In this document: piece after piece, positions 23,392 through 32,863 of the stretch
Layout of the letters: each line of letters begins with the position of its first letter
How positions within the stretch are numbered: the first letter of the stretch is position 1
Source: Methanobacteriota archaeon
GTDB lineage: Archaea; JACRDV01
Reading direction: 5' to 3'
Assembly: GCA_024860865.1 (NCBI GenBank)
Contig: JACRDV010000066.1
Coordinates: 1-33,018 of the forward strand
Length of the DNA: 33,018 nt
Notes under the pieces: model-generated
Told to the model about the DNA's origin: nothing
What the model saw: the letters and a program-made list of their open reading frames with translations, nothing else
Database searches by the model: none
Position numbers and translations under genes: made by a program

Positions 23392-24936
23392 TTATTCCCA
23401 CTCAATACAGCCAGGCGGTTTGTGAGTGACATCATAAACAACTCTTGTAACCTGTGGCACTTCATTAGTTATTCTCGTGGAAATATTCTCTAAAAGTTCG
23501 TAGGGAATTTTTGCAAAACTGGCAGTCATAGCTTCTTTGCTTTCAACAGCTCTAATAGCAATCGTATAACCATAAGCTCTAGCATCGCCTTTTACTCCAG
23601 TGCTCTTTGTATCTGTTAAAACGGCAAAATACTGCCATAGACTTTCTTTTATTTTGGTTTTTTCTATTTCTTCTGTTACAATTTTGTCTGCTTTCCTAAC
23701 AATATCGATTTTTTCTTGCGTCACTTCACCAATAATTCTTACAGCAAGAGCGGGACCAGGAAATGGTTGTCTCCAAACTATCTCTTTTGGTAATCCCAGT
23801 TTTTCTGCAACTTTTCTAACCTCATCTTTGTATAAATCTCTTAATGGCTCAACGATGGCTTTAAATTCGATTTTAGTTGGTAAACCTGCAACATTGTGGT
23901 GCGTCTTTATTTTGTCTGAATGCTTCCTGAAGCCGGATTCAATTCTATCTGGATATATTGTTCCTTGTAAAAGATATTCTGCTCCAACCTTTTTTGCAAC
24001 TTCTTCAAAAACTCTAATAAATTCTTCTCCAATGACTTTTCTCTTTTGTTCTGGGTCAATGACGCCTCGTAGTTTTTCTAGAAATCTTTTTTTTGCATCA
24101 ACTAGAATCAAATTCATGTCAAATTTTTCAAAAGTATTTTTAACAAATTCTGGTTCGTTCTCGCGCATAAATCCATGGTCAACAAAAACTGCTGTCAAAT
24201 TTTTTCCTACAGCTTTTGCAGCCAAAACTGCAGTGATGCTTGAATCGACGCCTCCACTTAGAGCTATAATGCACTTATGATCCTTAACAATTTGTTTCAC
24301 TTCATCAACGGCTTTATTTACAAAACTCTCCATTGTCCAATTCGGTTGGCATTTGCAAACATTAAAAATAAAGTTTTTCAGCATCAACATACCGTGTTCT
24401 GTATGGATAACTTCGGGATGCCATTGCAAACCATATACCGGCTTTTCTCTGTGCCTGAAACCAGCTATTGGACAATTTTCTGTATGTGCTAGAGTTTCAT
24501 ATTCGCTAGGAAGCTCGTAAACTGTATCACCGTGGCTCATCCAAACTTTCTCTTTCTTGCTTAACCCTTCTAGCACACCAACAGGTTTATCAATAGTTGC
24601 GTAGGTTATCCCATATTCTTTTTTTACTGCAGGTTCAACTTTTCCACTTAAAAAATGTGCGATTAGCTGGTGCCCATAGCATAAACCCAAAATAGGGATA
24701 TTTAAATCCAAGATTTTTGGATCACACTTAGGAGCATTTTTTTCATAAACACTTGATGGGCCGCCAGATAAAATCATTCCCTTAATGTTAAACTTTTTGG
24801 TTAAATCCTCAATTTCTTCTTGAGTTATATCACATGGAACTACTTCCGAATAGACACTATGCTCTCTAACTCTCCTGCCAATAAGATGGGCGTATTGCCC
24901 GCCAAAATCAAGGATTAAGATGGTGTCTGCCCTCAT
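23392..24936 (-). CDS. guaA: GMP synthase (glutamine-hydrolysing), fused GATase + ATP-pyrophosphatase
   Basis: The class I GATase domain has GLCYGHQL (catalytic Cys) and LQWHPE. The PP-loop is ALSGGVDSS. The C-terminal dimerisation domain ends in PPGCIEWE. Confidence 0.92.
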   Translation of the reverse strand: MRADTILILDFGGQYAHLIGRRVREHSVYSEVVPCDITQEEIEDLTKKFNIKGMILSGGPSSVYEKNAPKCDPKILDLNIPILGLCYGHQLIAHFLSGKVEPAVKKEYGITYATIDKPVGVLEGLSKKEKVWMSHGDTVYELPSEYETLAHTENCPIAGFRHREKPVYGLQWHPEVIHTEHGMLMLKNFIFNVCKCQPNWTMESFVNKAVDEVKQIVKDHKCIIALSGGVDSSITAVLAAKAVGKNLTAVFVDHGFMRENEPEFVKNTFEKFDMNLILVDAKKRFLEKLRGVIDPEQKRKVIGEEFIRVFEEVAKKVGAEYLLQGTIYPDRIESGFRKHSDKIKTHHNVAGLPTKIEFKAIVEPLRDLYKDEVRKVAEKLGLPKEIVWRQPFPGPALAVRIIGEVTQEKIDIVRKADKIVTEEIEKTKIKESLWQYFAVLTDTKSTGVKGDARAYGYTIAIRAVESKEAMTASFAKIPYELLENISTRITNEVPQVTRVVYDVTHKPPGCIEWE

Positions 24937-25184
24937 AGCTACTACTTAATTACATTTAATACTTTAATTATTACTTTAACTGCTTATCTTTTTTAGCCTG
25001 ATTAAACGCGATTAGAAATTTTTTTGTCAATAAAAGATTAGAAATCCTAAACTAAAAGTAAACCATAATTTTTAGATACATATTAAACATTGGAATAGTA
25101 AAATAATGAATTCCAAAAAATTTTGTGCCGTAGTTTAGCTTTTAGTAGAAATACTTAAATATTTTGTATAACTATTTTAAAAGT

Positions 25185-25439
25185 ATGACAATTAAAAAAG
25201 TAGAACTTATAACTAAAATAGGATCTAAAGGACAGATAGTTTTAAAAAAGGAAATTAGAAAAGCTTTAGGTTTAAAACCTGGTTCTATGGTAAAAGAAAA
25301 ACTTTTTAAAGGAAAAATAATTGTTGAACCATTTGATCCTATAGAGAGAATAATGAAAATCGCAAGCAAATATCCTAAATTTGATTTTAAAAAAGCTTGG
25401 AGAGAAGTACAAGAAGAAAGGAGAAGAAATGAGAGATGA
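25185..25439 (+). CDS. vapB: AbrB/SpoVT-type antitoxin (VapB-like)
   Basis: The protein reads ITKIGSKGQIVLKKEIRKALGLKPGSMVKEKLFKGKIIVEP, a swapped-hairpin AbrB domain. ATG 25185 is preferred over TTG 25164. The stop overlaps the next gene start (ATGA). Confidence 0.75.
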   Translation: MTIKKVELITKIGSKGQIVLKKEIRKALGLKPGSMVKEKLFKGKIIVEPFDPIERIMKIASKYPKFDFKKAWREVQEERRRNER

Positions 25440-25837
25440 AGTTTTGTGCGGATACTTGGTTTATCCTTAAACTTTTTAATGGCGACACTAAATCAACTGA
25501 ATTGTTAAAGGATGTGAAGTTTGGTAAAGATGAATTGATCATTCCTATAACAACAATCGCTGAATCATATAAAAAGTTTTTTGGACAAGGAGTGACTGAA
25601 ATAGATATAGAACATTTTTTAGATAGTTTACAAATTATTGAAAAAGTCCATCTGATTAATTTGGATAAAAGTTTTTGCAAGGAAGCGGCAAAGGTATCTC
25701 TATCTTTCGAAGTTCCAATTATGGATTCTTTTGTAGCTGCTACAGCAAGATTATCTAAATGTCATTTCGTTCTTTCTGATGATGAAGATTTAAAAAAATT
25801 GCATAGAAAAAAATATATAAAACTTAAATCTTGGTAA
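25436..25837 (+). CDS. vapC: PIN-domain ribonuclease toxin (VapC-like)
   Basis: Acidic PIN residues appear in the expected order: FCADTWFIL (Asp), ITTIAESYKK (Glu), MDSFVAATA (Asp) and FVLSDDEDL (Asp). It has a 4-nt overlap with the upstream antitoxin. Confidence 0.8.
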   Translation: MKFCADTWFILKLFNGDTKSTELLKDVKFGKDELIIPITTIAESYKKFFGQGVTEIDIEHFLDSLQIIEKVHLINLDKSFCKEAAKVSLSFEVPIMDSFVAATARLSKCHFVLSDDEDLKKLHRKKYIKLKSW

Positions 25838-26150
25838 ATGAGATTTTTGGTCTTTCTAGGCGAGATACTTATTTTGCTAAGGCCTTGGCTACATAAAGGG
25901 ATTTGCAAAAGGAATATTTCTCTATATCTGGCTTCCTTCCAATTATCAGGGAGCATTTCAAAACTACCAGCGGTTGAGCAGCTAGCAAGGGTAATAAAAA
26001 TTTTTAAACTGCTAACCACAACTTTTGTATTTAAGAGCGTTAATTTTAATTATTACTTTGACTGCGAGAAGTTACTAATTTTCATACCATTTTCATTTAT
26101 CTATATAGTTTTTTTATTTTTTTATATCTCACTATTTTTTTTAGAATAGC

Positions 26151-26158
26151 TATATAAA
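26151..26158 (+). promoter_or_regulatory. TATA-like box (TATATAAA) ~25 nt upstream of the amt ATG; would imply a leaderless or very short-leader mRNA
   Basis: TATATAAA ends 25 nt before ATG 26183. No Shine-Dalgarno motif lies between them. Confidence 0.3.
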
Positions 26159-26182
26159 GTAATATTTTTCTTTTTAATCTCC

Positions 26183-27481
26183 ATGCTAAGAAAAAAATTC
26201 TTTACAACTATAATTGCGGTGGCAATTTCATTACTAATAGTGCCAAACATAGTTGCCGCTGAAGCCGTAGATACTGGAGATACAGCATGGGTTTTAACAG
26301 CATCAGCATTAGTTATGATAATGATACCAGGTGTCGGTTTATTCTACGGGGGCATGGTACGAAGAAAAAATGCAATTTCAACAATTATGTTTAGTTTTAC
26401 AATTCTCTGTCTCATTAGTGTTCAGTGGGTTCTCTATGGCTACAGTTTAGCTTTCGGACCCGATAAAGGAGGAATAATTGGAAGTCTTGAGTGGCTTGGG
26501 TTAAGAGGGGTTGATCAAGAGCCGAATCCAGATTATGCTGCGACCATACCTGCATTAGCCTTTATGATTTTCCAAGCAATGTTTGCTATAATAACACCTG
26601 CTTTAGTTACTGGTGCTTTTGTAGAGCGCATAAAATTTAGCGCATTTATCATCTTCACACTCCTTTGGGCAACGCTTGTGTATGATTTTATCGCCCACTG
26701 GGTCTGGGGAGTTGGTGGTTGGTTACGCAACCTAGGAGCTCTTGATTTTGCTGGTGGCACAGTTGTTCACATTAGCTCAGGTGTATCTGCCCTTGCGATA
26801 GCTCTAGCAATTGGCGCTCGCAAAGGATTTGGGAAAGAACCTATGGAACCCCACAATATACCTATGACTGTGCTTGGAGCAGTCTTGCTATGGTTTGGTT
26901 GGTTTGGCTTTAATGCGGGTAGCGCAGTAGCTTCTGGAGGCTTAGCATCGAGTGCCTTTGTAGTTACTAATACAGCCACAGCTGCAGCAGCTTTAACTTG
27001 GATGTTTCTAAGTTGGATGCGCAAAGTTCCGAGTGTTCTCGGTATTGCAAGCGGAGCAATAGCAGGGCTTGTTGCAATAACTCCAGCCTCTGGATTTGTA
27101 GGCCCTATGGCTGCAATTGTTATTGGCGTTGGAGCAGGCGCATTTTGCTACTATGCTATGCTCTTTAGAATGAAGAAACGAATAGATGAATCACTTGATG
27201 TTTGGGCTGTCCATGGAATAGGTGGTTCATGGGGAGCAATAGCCACAGGGATCTTCGCAAGTACAGCCGTTAATCCCGCAGGTGCAAATGGATTAATTTA
27301 TGGAAATCCTATGCAAGTGGCTACTCAAGCAACTGCTGTAGCAACAACTTGGATATATGCGTTTGCAGTTACATGGATTTTAGCAAAGATTGTGAATGCA
27401 ATTATTGGCTTAAGAGTCAGAGATGAGGAGGAAGAAGTAGGCCTAGATATCTCACAGCATGGAGAAAAGGCATATCCTTAG
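26183..27481 (+). CDS. amt: Ammonium transporter (Amt family)
   Basis: It has a signal-like N-terminus and 11 TM helices. Signature segments are [13 protein letters not shown] and [11 protein letters not shown], plus the twin-His region [12 protein letters not shown]. Confidence 0.92.
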   Translation: MLRKKFFTTIIAVAISLLIVPNIVAAEAVDTGDTAWVLTASALVMIMIPGVGLFYGGMVRRKNAISTIMFSFTILCLISVQWVLYGYSLAFGPDKGGIIGSLEWLGLRGVDQEPNPDYAATIPALAFMIFQAMFAIITPALVTGAFVERIKFSAFIIFTLLWATLVYDFIAHWVWGVGGWLRNLGALDFAGGTVVHISSGVSALAIALAIGARKGFGKEPMEPHNIPMTVLGAVLLWFGWFGFNAGSAVASGGLASSAFVVTNTATAAAALTWMFLSWMRKVPSVLGIASGAIAGLVAITPASGFVGPMAAIVIGVGAGAFCYYAMLFRMKKRIDESLDVWAVHGIGGSWGAIATGIFASTAVNPAGANGLIYGNPMQVATQATAVATTWIYAFAVTWILAKIVNAIIGLRVRDEEEEVGLDISQHGEKAYP

Positions 27482-27829
<348 letters not shown>

Positions 27830-27938
27830 TTAATTCTATTTTTTTATACTCATTTTGTAAAATGGTACAAATGTACGAAGAAATCCTAGATGAGCTATAC
27901 CAAATAAAAGCACAAAAAAGCCAGGGAGCCATGTTAAG

Positions 27939-28670
27939 ATGATAATTGATGCCCATAATCACGTAGGCGGACCAGATAAAGGAGATTATGCAAAGCAATC
28001 TGCGGAGGAGATAGTAACAGTTATGGATAGGTTAGGTATCGACAAAGCAGTGATTTTCCCATTCAACGAACTTGAACCAGGAATTTCTTTCTCACTAGCT
28101 AACGATCGTACTGCACAATCTGTCCAGAAATATCCGGATAGACTCATTGGGTTTGCTAGATTAGATCCAAATTACAAAGAGAGAGCAGTAGAAGAATTGG
28201 AACGCTCCATAAAGAAACTTGGATTAAAAGGACTAAAACTGCATCCAACTAGCCAAAATTTTTCTCTCGATGACCCTTACGTTTTAAAAATAATTGAAAA
28301 AACTGCTGAGCTAAAAATACCAGTAGTCTTCGATTCTGGAAAAACACTTTCTCTACCTGAATACATTGGGAAACTGGCTGAGCAGGTTCCAGATTCAACC
28401 ATTATCATGGCCCATATGCGCGGTCCAAATTATTTAGAAGTAGCAAAAAAATTTGACAATATTTTCCTAGGAACCACTGGGATGTTTGCTATAGATAAAC
28501 TCCAAAAAGCACTAAATACTCTAGGAGCAGAGAAGCTAATAGTAGGTTCAGACTCGCCTTATATAAAAATGGAGCAAGAGCTAAAAAAAATTGATCTAAT
28601 ACCAAACATTAAAGAGGAGGAAAAGGGCTTAATTTCAGGAGAAAACATGAGAAAAATATTAAAGATATAA
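27939..28670 (+). CDS. Metal-dependent amidohydrolase-fold (TIM barrel, Amidohydro_2-like) protein, substrate unknown
   Basis: The N-terminal IIDAHNHVG provides the HxH metal ligands. Later ligand-like residues are KLHP, MAHM and GSDSPY (Asp). At 243 aa it is short for the family. Confidence 0.7.
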   Translation: MIIDAHNHVGGPDKGDYAKQSAEEIVTVMDRLGIDKAVIFPFNELEPGISFSLANDRTAQSVQKYPDRLIGFARLDPNYKERAVEELERSIKKLGLKGLKLHPTSQNFSLDDPYVLKIIEKTAELKIPVVFDSGKTLSLPEYIGKLAEQVPDSTIIMAHMRGPNYLEVAKKFDNIFLGTTGMFAIDKLQKALNTLGAEKLIVGSDSPYIKMEQELKKIDLIPNIKEEEKGLISGENMRKILKI

Positions 28671-28705
28671 TTTCTATTTTTGGGTTATTATTCGGAGGTA
28701 ATAAA

Positions 28706-30148
28706 ATGACTATAACTGCTGAAAAAATTATGGAAATAATTCAAAAGGAAAAAATTCGATGGATTGATTTACAATTTTTAGATGTTCCAGGATATCTACA
28801 ACACTTGACAATGCCATATCATGATCTTAGTGTTGAAAGTTTCAAGGAAGGTGTTGGTAAACTCGATGGCTCTTCGATCAAAGGGTTTAAAGCAATATAT
28901 GAGTCAGATATGCTGATGGTTCCAGACCCGACAACTTTTGCAATTATCCCCTGGACTCAACATAAAACAGCTAGAATGTTTGTTGATATTCGAGAAGCAT
29001 ATGGTGGGCCAAGATTCTCGAGAGACTCTAGACATATTGCACAACGAGCTGAAGAAGCAGTTAAAAAAGCTGGCTTTGATATTTCATATTGGGGCCCAGA
29101 ACTTGAATATTTTGTTTTTGATTCGGTCAAAATATTTCCAAGCTCCTTAGCTGCAAAAGATGCTTGGAGTGGAGTTGGTTATTCCATTGAATCTAAAGAG
29201 GCAATTTGGGCCCAAGGAGGGATAAATTTTCCAATTAGATTTAAAGAAGGGTACTATCCAGCTCCGCCTCAAGATACTTTACAAGACTACCGCTCAGAAG
29301 TTTCTTCAATTTTAGAAGACAATTTTGAAATTAAAACAGATGCCCACCACCATGAAGTTGCAACTGCGGGACAAGTAGAAATTGATATGGCCTATGCTCC
29401 ACTAACCCGCATGGCAGACAACGTTGTTACCTACAAATTCGTTGCAAAAAATGTTGCTTATATGAGGGGTATGATAGCAACTTTTATGCCAAAACCAATC
29501 TTTGGTGATAATGCCTCTGGTATGCATACTCACCAGAGTCTGTGGAAAGGGGGAAAGAATTCCTTTTACGATCCCGACGATGAGTATGCGGAAATTAGCC
29601 AAGTTTGTCGGTATTATATTGGAGGGCTAATGGAACACAGCAGAGCCTTAGCTGCGATAGTTGCTCCAACTACTAACTCGTATAAGCGATTAGTTCCAGG
29701 ATATGAAGCTCCTGTCTATATTGCTTGGTCAAAAAGAAATCGATCGGCCAATGTTAGGGTCCCTGTCTATCATAAAGGTACTGAATATGCAATGAAGACC
29801 AAACGCGTTGAATTTAGACCACCAGATACTGCGTGCAATCCATACTATGCCTTTGCGGCTATGCTTGCTGCTGGTCTTGACGGTATTAAAAATAAAATTG
29901 ACCCAGGTGATCCAATAGATGAGAATATCTATCATTTAACACCTAAGCAAAGAAGAGATCTCGGTGTAAAAGAACTACCAGGGTCACTTAAAGAGGCAAT
30001 TGAAGAACTGAGTGCCGATAGAGATTTCTTAGAACTAATTTTCTCAAGCGATGCCATAGACACTTGGGTCGATATGAAGGCAGAGGAATATACGCAAAAT
30101 TCTATAAGACCTACGCCATATGAATTCTATCAATACTTCGACATCTAA
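28706..30148 (+). CDS. glnA: Glutamine synthetase, type I
   Basis: A GGAGGT Shine-Dalgarno motif lies at 28694-28699. Motifs seen: DGSSIKGF, PELEYFVFD, ASGMHTHQSLW, NSYKRLVPGYEAP and RVEFRPPD. Confidence 0.92.
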   Translation: MTITAEKIMEIIQKEKIRWIDLQFLDVPGYLQHLTMPYHDLSVESFKEGVGKLDGSSIKGFKAIYESDMLMVPDPTTFAIIPWTQHKTARMFVDIREAYGGPRFSRDSRHIAQRAEEAVKKAGFDISYWGPELEYFVFDSVKIFPSSLAAKDAWSGVGYSIESKEAIWAQGGINFPIRFKEGYYPAPPQDTLQDYRSEVSSILEDNFEIKTDAHHHEVATAGQVEIDMAYAPLTRMADNVVTYKFVAKNVAYMRGMIATFMPKPIFGDNASGMHTHQSLWKGGKNSFYDPDDEYAEISQVCRYYIGGLMEHSRALAAIVAPTTNSYKRLVPGYEAPVYIAWSKRNRSANVRVPVYHKGTEYAMKTKRVEFRPPDTACNPYYAFAAMLAAGLDGIKNKIDPGDPIDENIYHLTPKQRRDLGVKELPGSLKEAIEELSADRDFLELIFSSDAIDTWVDMKAEEYTQNSIRPTPYEFYQYFDI

Positions 30149-30155
30149 GAGGTGA
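30148..30155 (+). promoter_or_regulatory. Shine-Dalgarno motif AGAGGTGA overlapping the glnA stop codon and serving the downstream small ORF
   Basis: The glnA stop is TAA at 30146-30148. AGAGGTGA lies at 30148-30155, and the ATG is at 30161, giving a 5-nt spacer. Confidence 0.5.
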
Positions 30156-30160
30156 ATAAA

Positions 30161-30472
30161 ATGGGTGTTTATCGCGTTACAAGCCCAGCGGCACAAGCTT
30201 ATGCAGCAAGAGAGAAGGTACTTGGAAGTGGAATTACCATTTTGGGATCAGCATCAGAGAAAATAGCTTCTCTTGACAAAATAACTCTAGAAAAGTGTGG
30301 TGATATTGCAGCTGAACTACTCCCTCATGCACCTGGTTATGCTGGAAAATTACTTCATGTCTCAGCAAGATTGTTCTGGGCTCTTGCTAGGGTAAAGGAA
30401 AAGGAAACTAAAGTCATTCCACTGGAGGAGTTAGAAAAGAAAATCGAAGAACTTAAAACATTACTTGGTTAA
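30161..30472 (+). CDS. Uncharacterised soluble protein (103 aa), translationally coupled to glnA
   Basis: The protein is MGVYRVTSPAAQAYAAREKVLGSGITILGSASEKIASLDKITLEKCGDIAAELLPHAPGYAGKLLHVSARLFWALARVKEKETKVIPLEELEKKIEELKTLLG. It is Ala-rich and predicted helical, with a coiled C-terminal tail. It has a strong Shine-Dalgarno motif. I recognise no family. Confidence 0.55.
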   Translation: MGVYRVTSPAAQAYAAREKVLGSGITILGSASEKIASLDKITLEKCGDIAAELLPHAPGYAGKLLHVSARLFWALARVKEKETKVIPLEELEKKIEELKTLLG

Positions 30473-30553
30473 TTCCTTTTTTATTCTAATTTTTTTGGGA
30501 AAAAATGTAGTTGTGATCATTTTTCTTAAGTTTATTAACTGATATGGTATTGA

Positions 30554-31645
30554 ATGTTCAGAGAAGTATTAAATTATATAAGACCCTATGATGCCGGAAT
30601 TTTTCCAGAAGACCTATACAAAAAATACGGCATCAGCGAAAAGAATGTGGTTAACTTAGGTTCTAATGAGAACCCATATCCTCCTCCAAAGAGCGTGATT
30701 AAAGAAATAGTAAAAGAATCCTCACATGTGAATAGATATCCAGATCCGTCATATCCAGAGTTAAAGCAAAAACTTTCAGAGTATACTGGTTTACCCATAG
30801 AAAATATTGCTGTTGGAAGTGGCGCTAGCGAAATTTTAGACAGCATTTGCAAGATTACTTTAAATCCATTTGATAAAGTTGTTATACCCATTCCTTCTTA
30901 TTCCATATACATTCTTATTTCAATGCTAAGAGATGCGAGTATTGAATATATAAAAACTGAGGACCAAAATTTTGAATTTAGAGCAGAGCAAGTAATCAAT
31001 TTTGGAAAAGATGTGAACCTAATCTTCTTAAACTCTCCTAATAATCCAACTGGAAAGAGTATTCCTAGAGAAGAAATCATTAAAATAATTGAGGGGACAA
31101 ATGCACTTGTTGTAGTGGATGAAGCTTATTATGAATTTTCTAGAAAAACTATTGCAGAGAAGGTTAATGAATATAACAATCTACTAGTTGTTCGATCCAT
31201 GTCAAAGTTTTTTAGCCTAGCTGGCCTGAGAATTGGATATGCTTTATCTAATCCTAAAATTATTGAAATGATAGAGAAAGTAAGACTTGCATTCACTATT
31301 AGCAATATAGCTGAAAAGGCGGCTATTAAAGCATTAGAAAAGCAAAATTGGTATTTAAAAATAAGGGAAAAAATAATAGCTGAACGAGACTTTGTTATGC
31401 GAGAAATTAGCAGGACAAAAGGTTTTACTGTTATTCCTTCAGATGCAAATTTTTTATTAATTAAGTTGCCTGCAAAAGTGAATATGTCTGCAATTATGGA
31501 AGAGCTAAATAAAAAAGGTATCATAGTGAGAGACGTGACTGAAGTCCCAGGTTTGAAAAATAATTATATAAGAATAACTATAGGAAAAAAACAAGAGAAT
31601 AGAGCAGTTATTTCTGCTCTAAGAGAACTCAGCTTGAAATGGTAG
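30554..31645 (+). CDS. hisC: Histidinol-phosphate aminotransferase (class II PLP aminotransferase)
   Basis: Motifs seen: LGSNENPYPPP, NSPNNPTG, VVVDEAYYEF and the PLP-lysine motif RSMSKFFSLAGLRIGY. Confidence 0.88.
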   Translation: MFREVLNYIRPYDAGIFPEDLYKKYGISEKNVVNLGSNENPYPPPKSVIKEIVKESSHVNRYPDPSYPELKQKLSEYTGLPIENIAVGSGASEILDSICKITLNPFDKVVIPIPSYSIYILISMLRDASIEYIKTEDQNFEFRAEQVINFGKDVNLIFLNSPNNPTGKSIPREEIIKIIEGTNALVVVDEAYYEFSRKTIAEKVNEYNNLLVVRSMSKFFSLAGLRIGYALSNPKIIEMIEKVRLAFTISNIAEKAAIKALEKQNWYLKIREKIIAERDFVMREISRTKGFTVIPSDANFLLIKLPAKVNMSAIMEELNKKGIIVRDVTEVPGLKNNYIRITIGKKQENRAVISALRELSLKW

Positions 31646-31750
31646 GGAAACATAAAACTTTGTAAATATGAATAAAGAAGATTTGCAAGCACTTGATCAG
31701 ATAGGCTCAAATCACAGGAGTAAAGCTGATCTGGCAACAAATGAGTTGCT

Positions 31751-32770
31751 TTAGTAGTTATGCTGAACATATCTATTAACCGCAACTTCTACTAAATCGA
31801 GCATGTAATCGTTTACTCGATTTAAACCATCGCAAAATGATTTTGTGCTGACCGCAACTTTAGAGTTTTTAATTGCCAGTGGATCTAATTTGTTTAATTC
31901 CAATCTGAAAGCATCATGGAGCCTATGTACTTCAATTGCTAAATTAAGGTCTTCTTTGAAAAGAGCATCTAATGATTTCTCATGCATCTCTTTCATTCTA
32001 AGTATAAAACTCAGTAGTTTTTTTCTTAATGATTCTTCAGTTTTTATAGTTAATAATTCTTTAGCATCCTTCGAAATTATTTCTATATTTTCTATCATTT
32101 TCAATGACGCTTTAATTACTATTCGATAACCTAGGCATTGGATAACATCTTTTAAGCCAATTTTTAGAGCGATTTCTTTGTTTTTAACTCCAGCAATTAA
32201 TTGGCGGAGAAGAAGTGAATATATTTTTCTCGCTTCTTGTAATTGATGTGAGATACCTTCCATTGAACTTACATCCTTTTTCTCAAGAGCAGAATAAATT
32301 TCATCGAACATAAGCGAGAGAATTGATCCTAATCTTCTTACCAATGGGCGAAGTGAAAATTTTAAAGGATCTATAAGACTCTGTATTGTTAGGCTATCCG
32401 CTTTTTCTTCAAGTATAGCAAGACCGTGATAAGCATTTACGACATTGTCTATTTCTTTGATTCTATCAAAACTGATTTTTTTACCTGATTTAATTTTAAT
32501 TAAATCGTAGCCAATATGGTAGCAAGCTTGAATAAGTTCTTTTAACATACCTGGTTTTAAATCTTCAATATTAAAACTCTTTTCAATTATTGGTTTTTTT
32601 TCTAAGAGAGCAACTGGCAATAATTTTAAAGACCCATCCTCTTCTTTTGTTATGTTAAGACTATCTCCAGGCCTAAGATTGTTTTCGGTTATCCATTCTT
32701 TAGGCAAAGTTATAGTAAAACTAGATTTCCCAACCAATTGAAGTTTTCTGATTTTCATACTGGTTTTCAT
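31751..32770 (-). CDS. AbrB/SpoVT-domain + PhoU-repeat protein (archaeal phosphate-uptake-regulator-like)
   Basis: The N-terminal LQLVGKSSFTITLPKEWITENNLRPGDSLNI is an AbrB-type DNA-binding domain. It is followed by a helical region of about 200 aa with PhoU-like repeat character. Confidence 0.75.
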   Translation of the reverse strand: MKTSMKIRKLQLVGKSSFTITLPKEWITENNLRPGDSLNITKEEDGSLKLLPVALLEKKPIIEKSFNIEDLKPGMLKELIQACYHIGYDLIKIKSGKKISFDRIKEIDNVVNAYHGLAILEEKADSLTIQSLIDPLKFSLRPLVRRLGSILSLMFDEIYSALEKKDVSSMEGISHQLQEARKIYSLLLRQLIAGVKNKEIALKIGLKDVIQCLGYRIVIKASLKMIENIEIISKDAKELLTIKTEESLRKKLLSFILRMKEMHEKSLDALFKEDLNLAIEVHRLHDAFRLELNKLDPLAIKNSKVAVSTKSFCDGLNRVNDYMLDLVEVAVNRYVQHNY

Positions 32771-32821
32771 AAATCTATATAGTTTTTTTATTAGTTATAT
32801 ATCTTACTGTTTTTCTTGAAT

Positions 32822-32863
32822 TAAATATATAAGAATAAACTATATAAGATAAAACTATATAAG
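32822..32863. repeat. Three tandem TATA-like direct repeats (AAATATATAAGA / AAACTATATAAGA / AAACTATATAAGA) with ~15-nt period, upstream of the AbrB-PhoU gene
   Basis: AAACTATATAAGA occurs at 32836-32848 and again at 32851-32863. A near copy, AAATATATAAGA, lies at 32822-32833. The repeats sit 52-93 nt upstream of the start at 32770, on the opposite-strand side. Confidence 0.35.

Noticed and set aside
25010-25045. 10-bp direct repeat GATTAGAAAT twice, 26 nt apart, upstream of guaA
   Set aside because: In DNA this AT-rich, a single 10-mer duplication within a 200-bp spacer is not clearly beyond chance. I saw no third copy and no link to other purine promoters.
25838-26149. 103-aa ORF between vapC and amt
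   Set aside because: It is Leu/Phe/Ile-rich low-complexity translation of an AT-rich promoter region, with no Shine-Dalgarno motif. It ends in the poly-T/TATA region upstream of amt.
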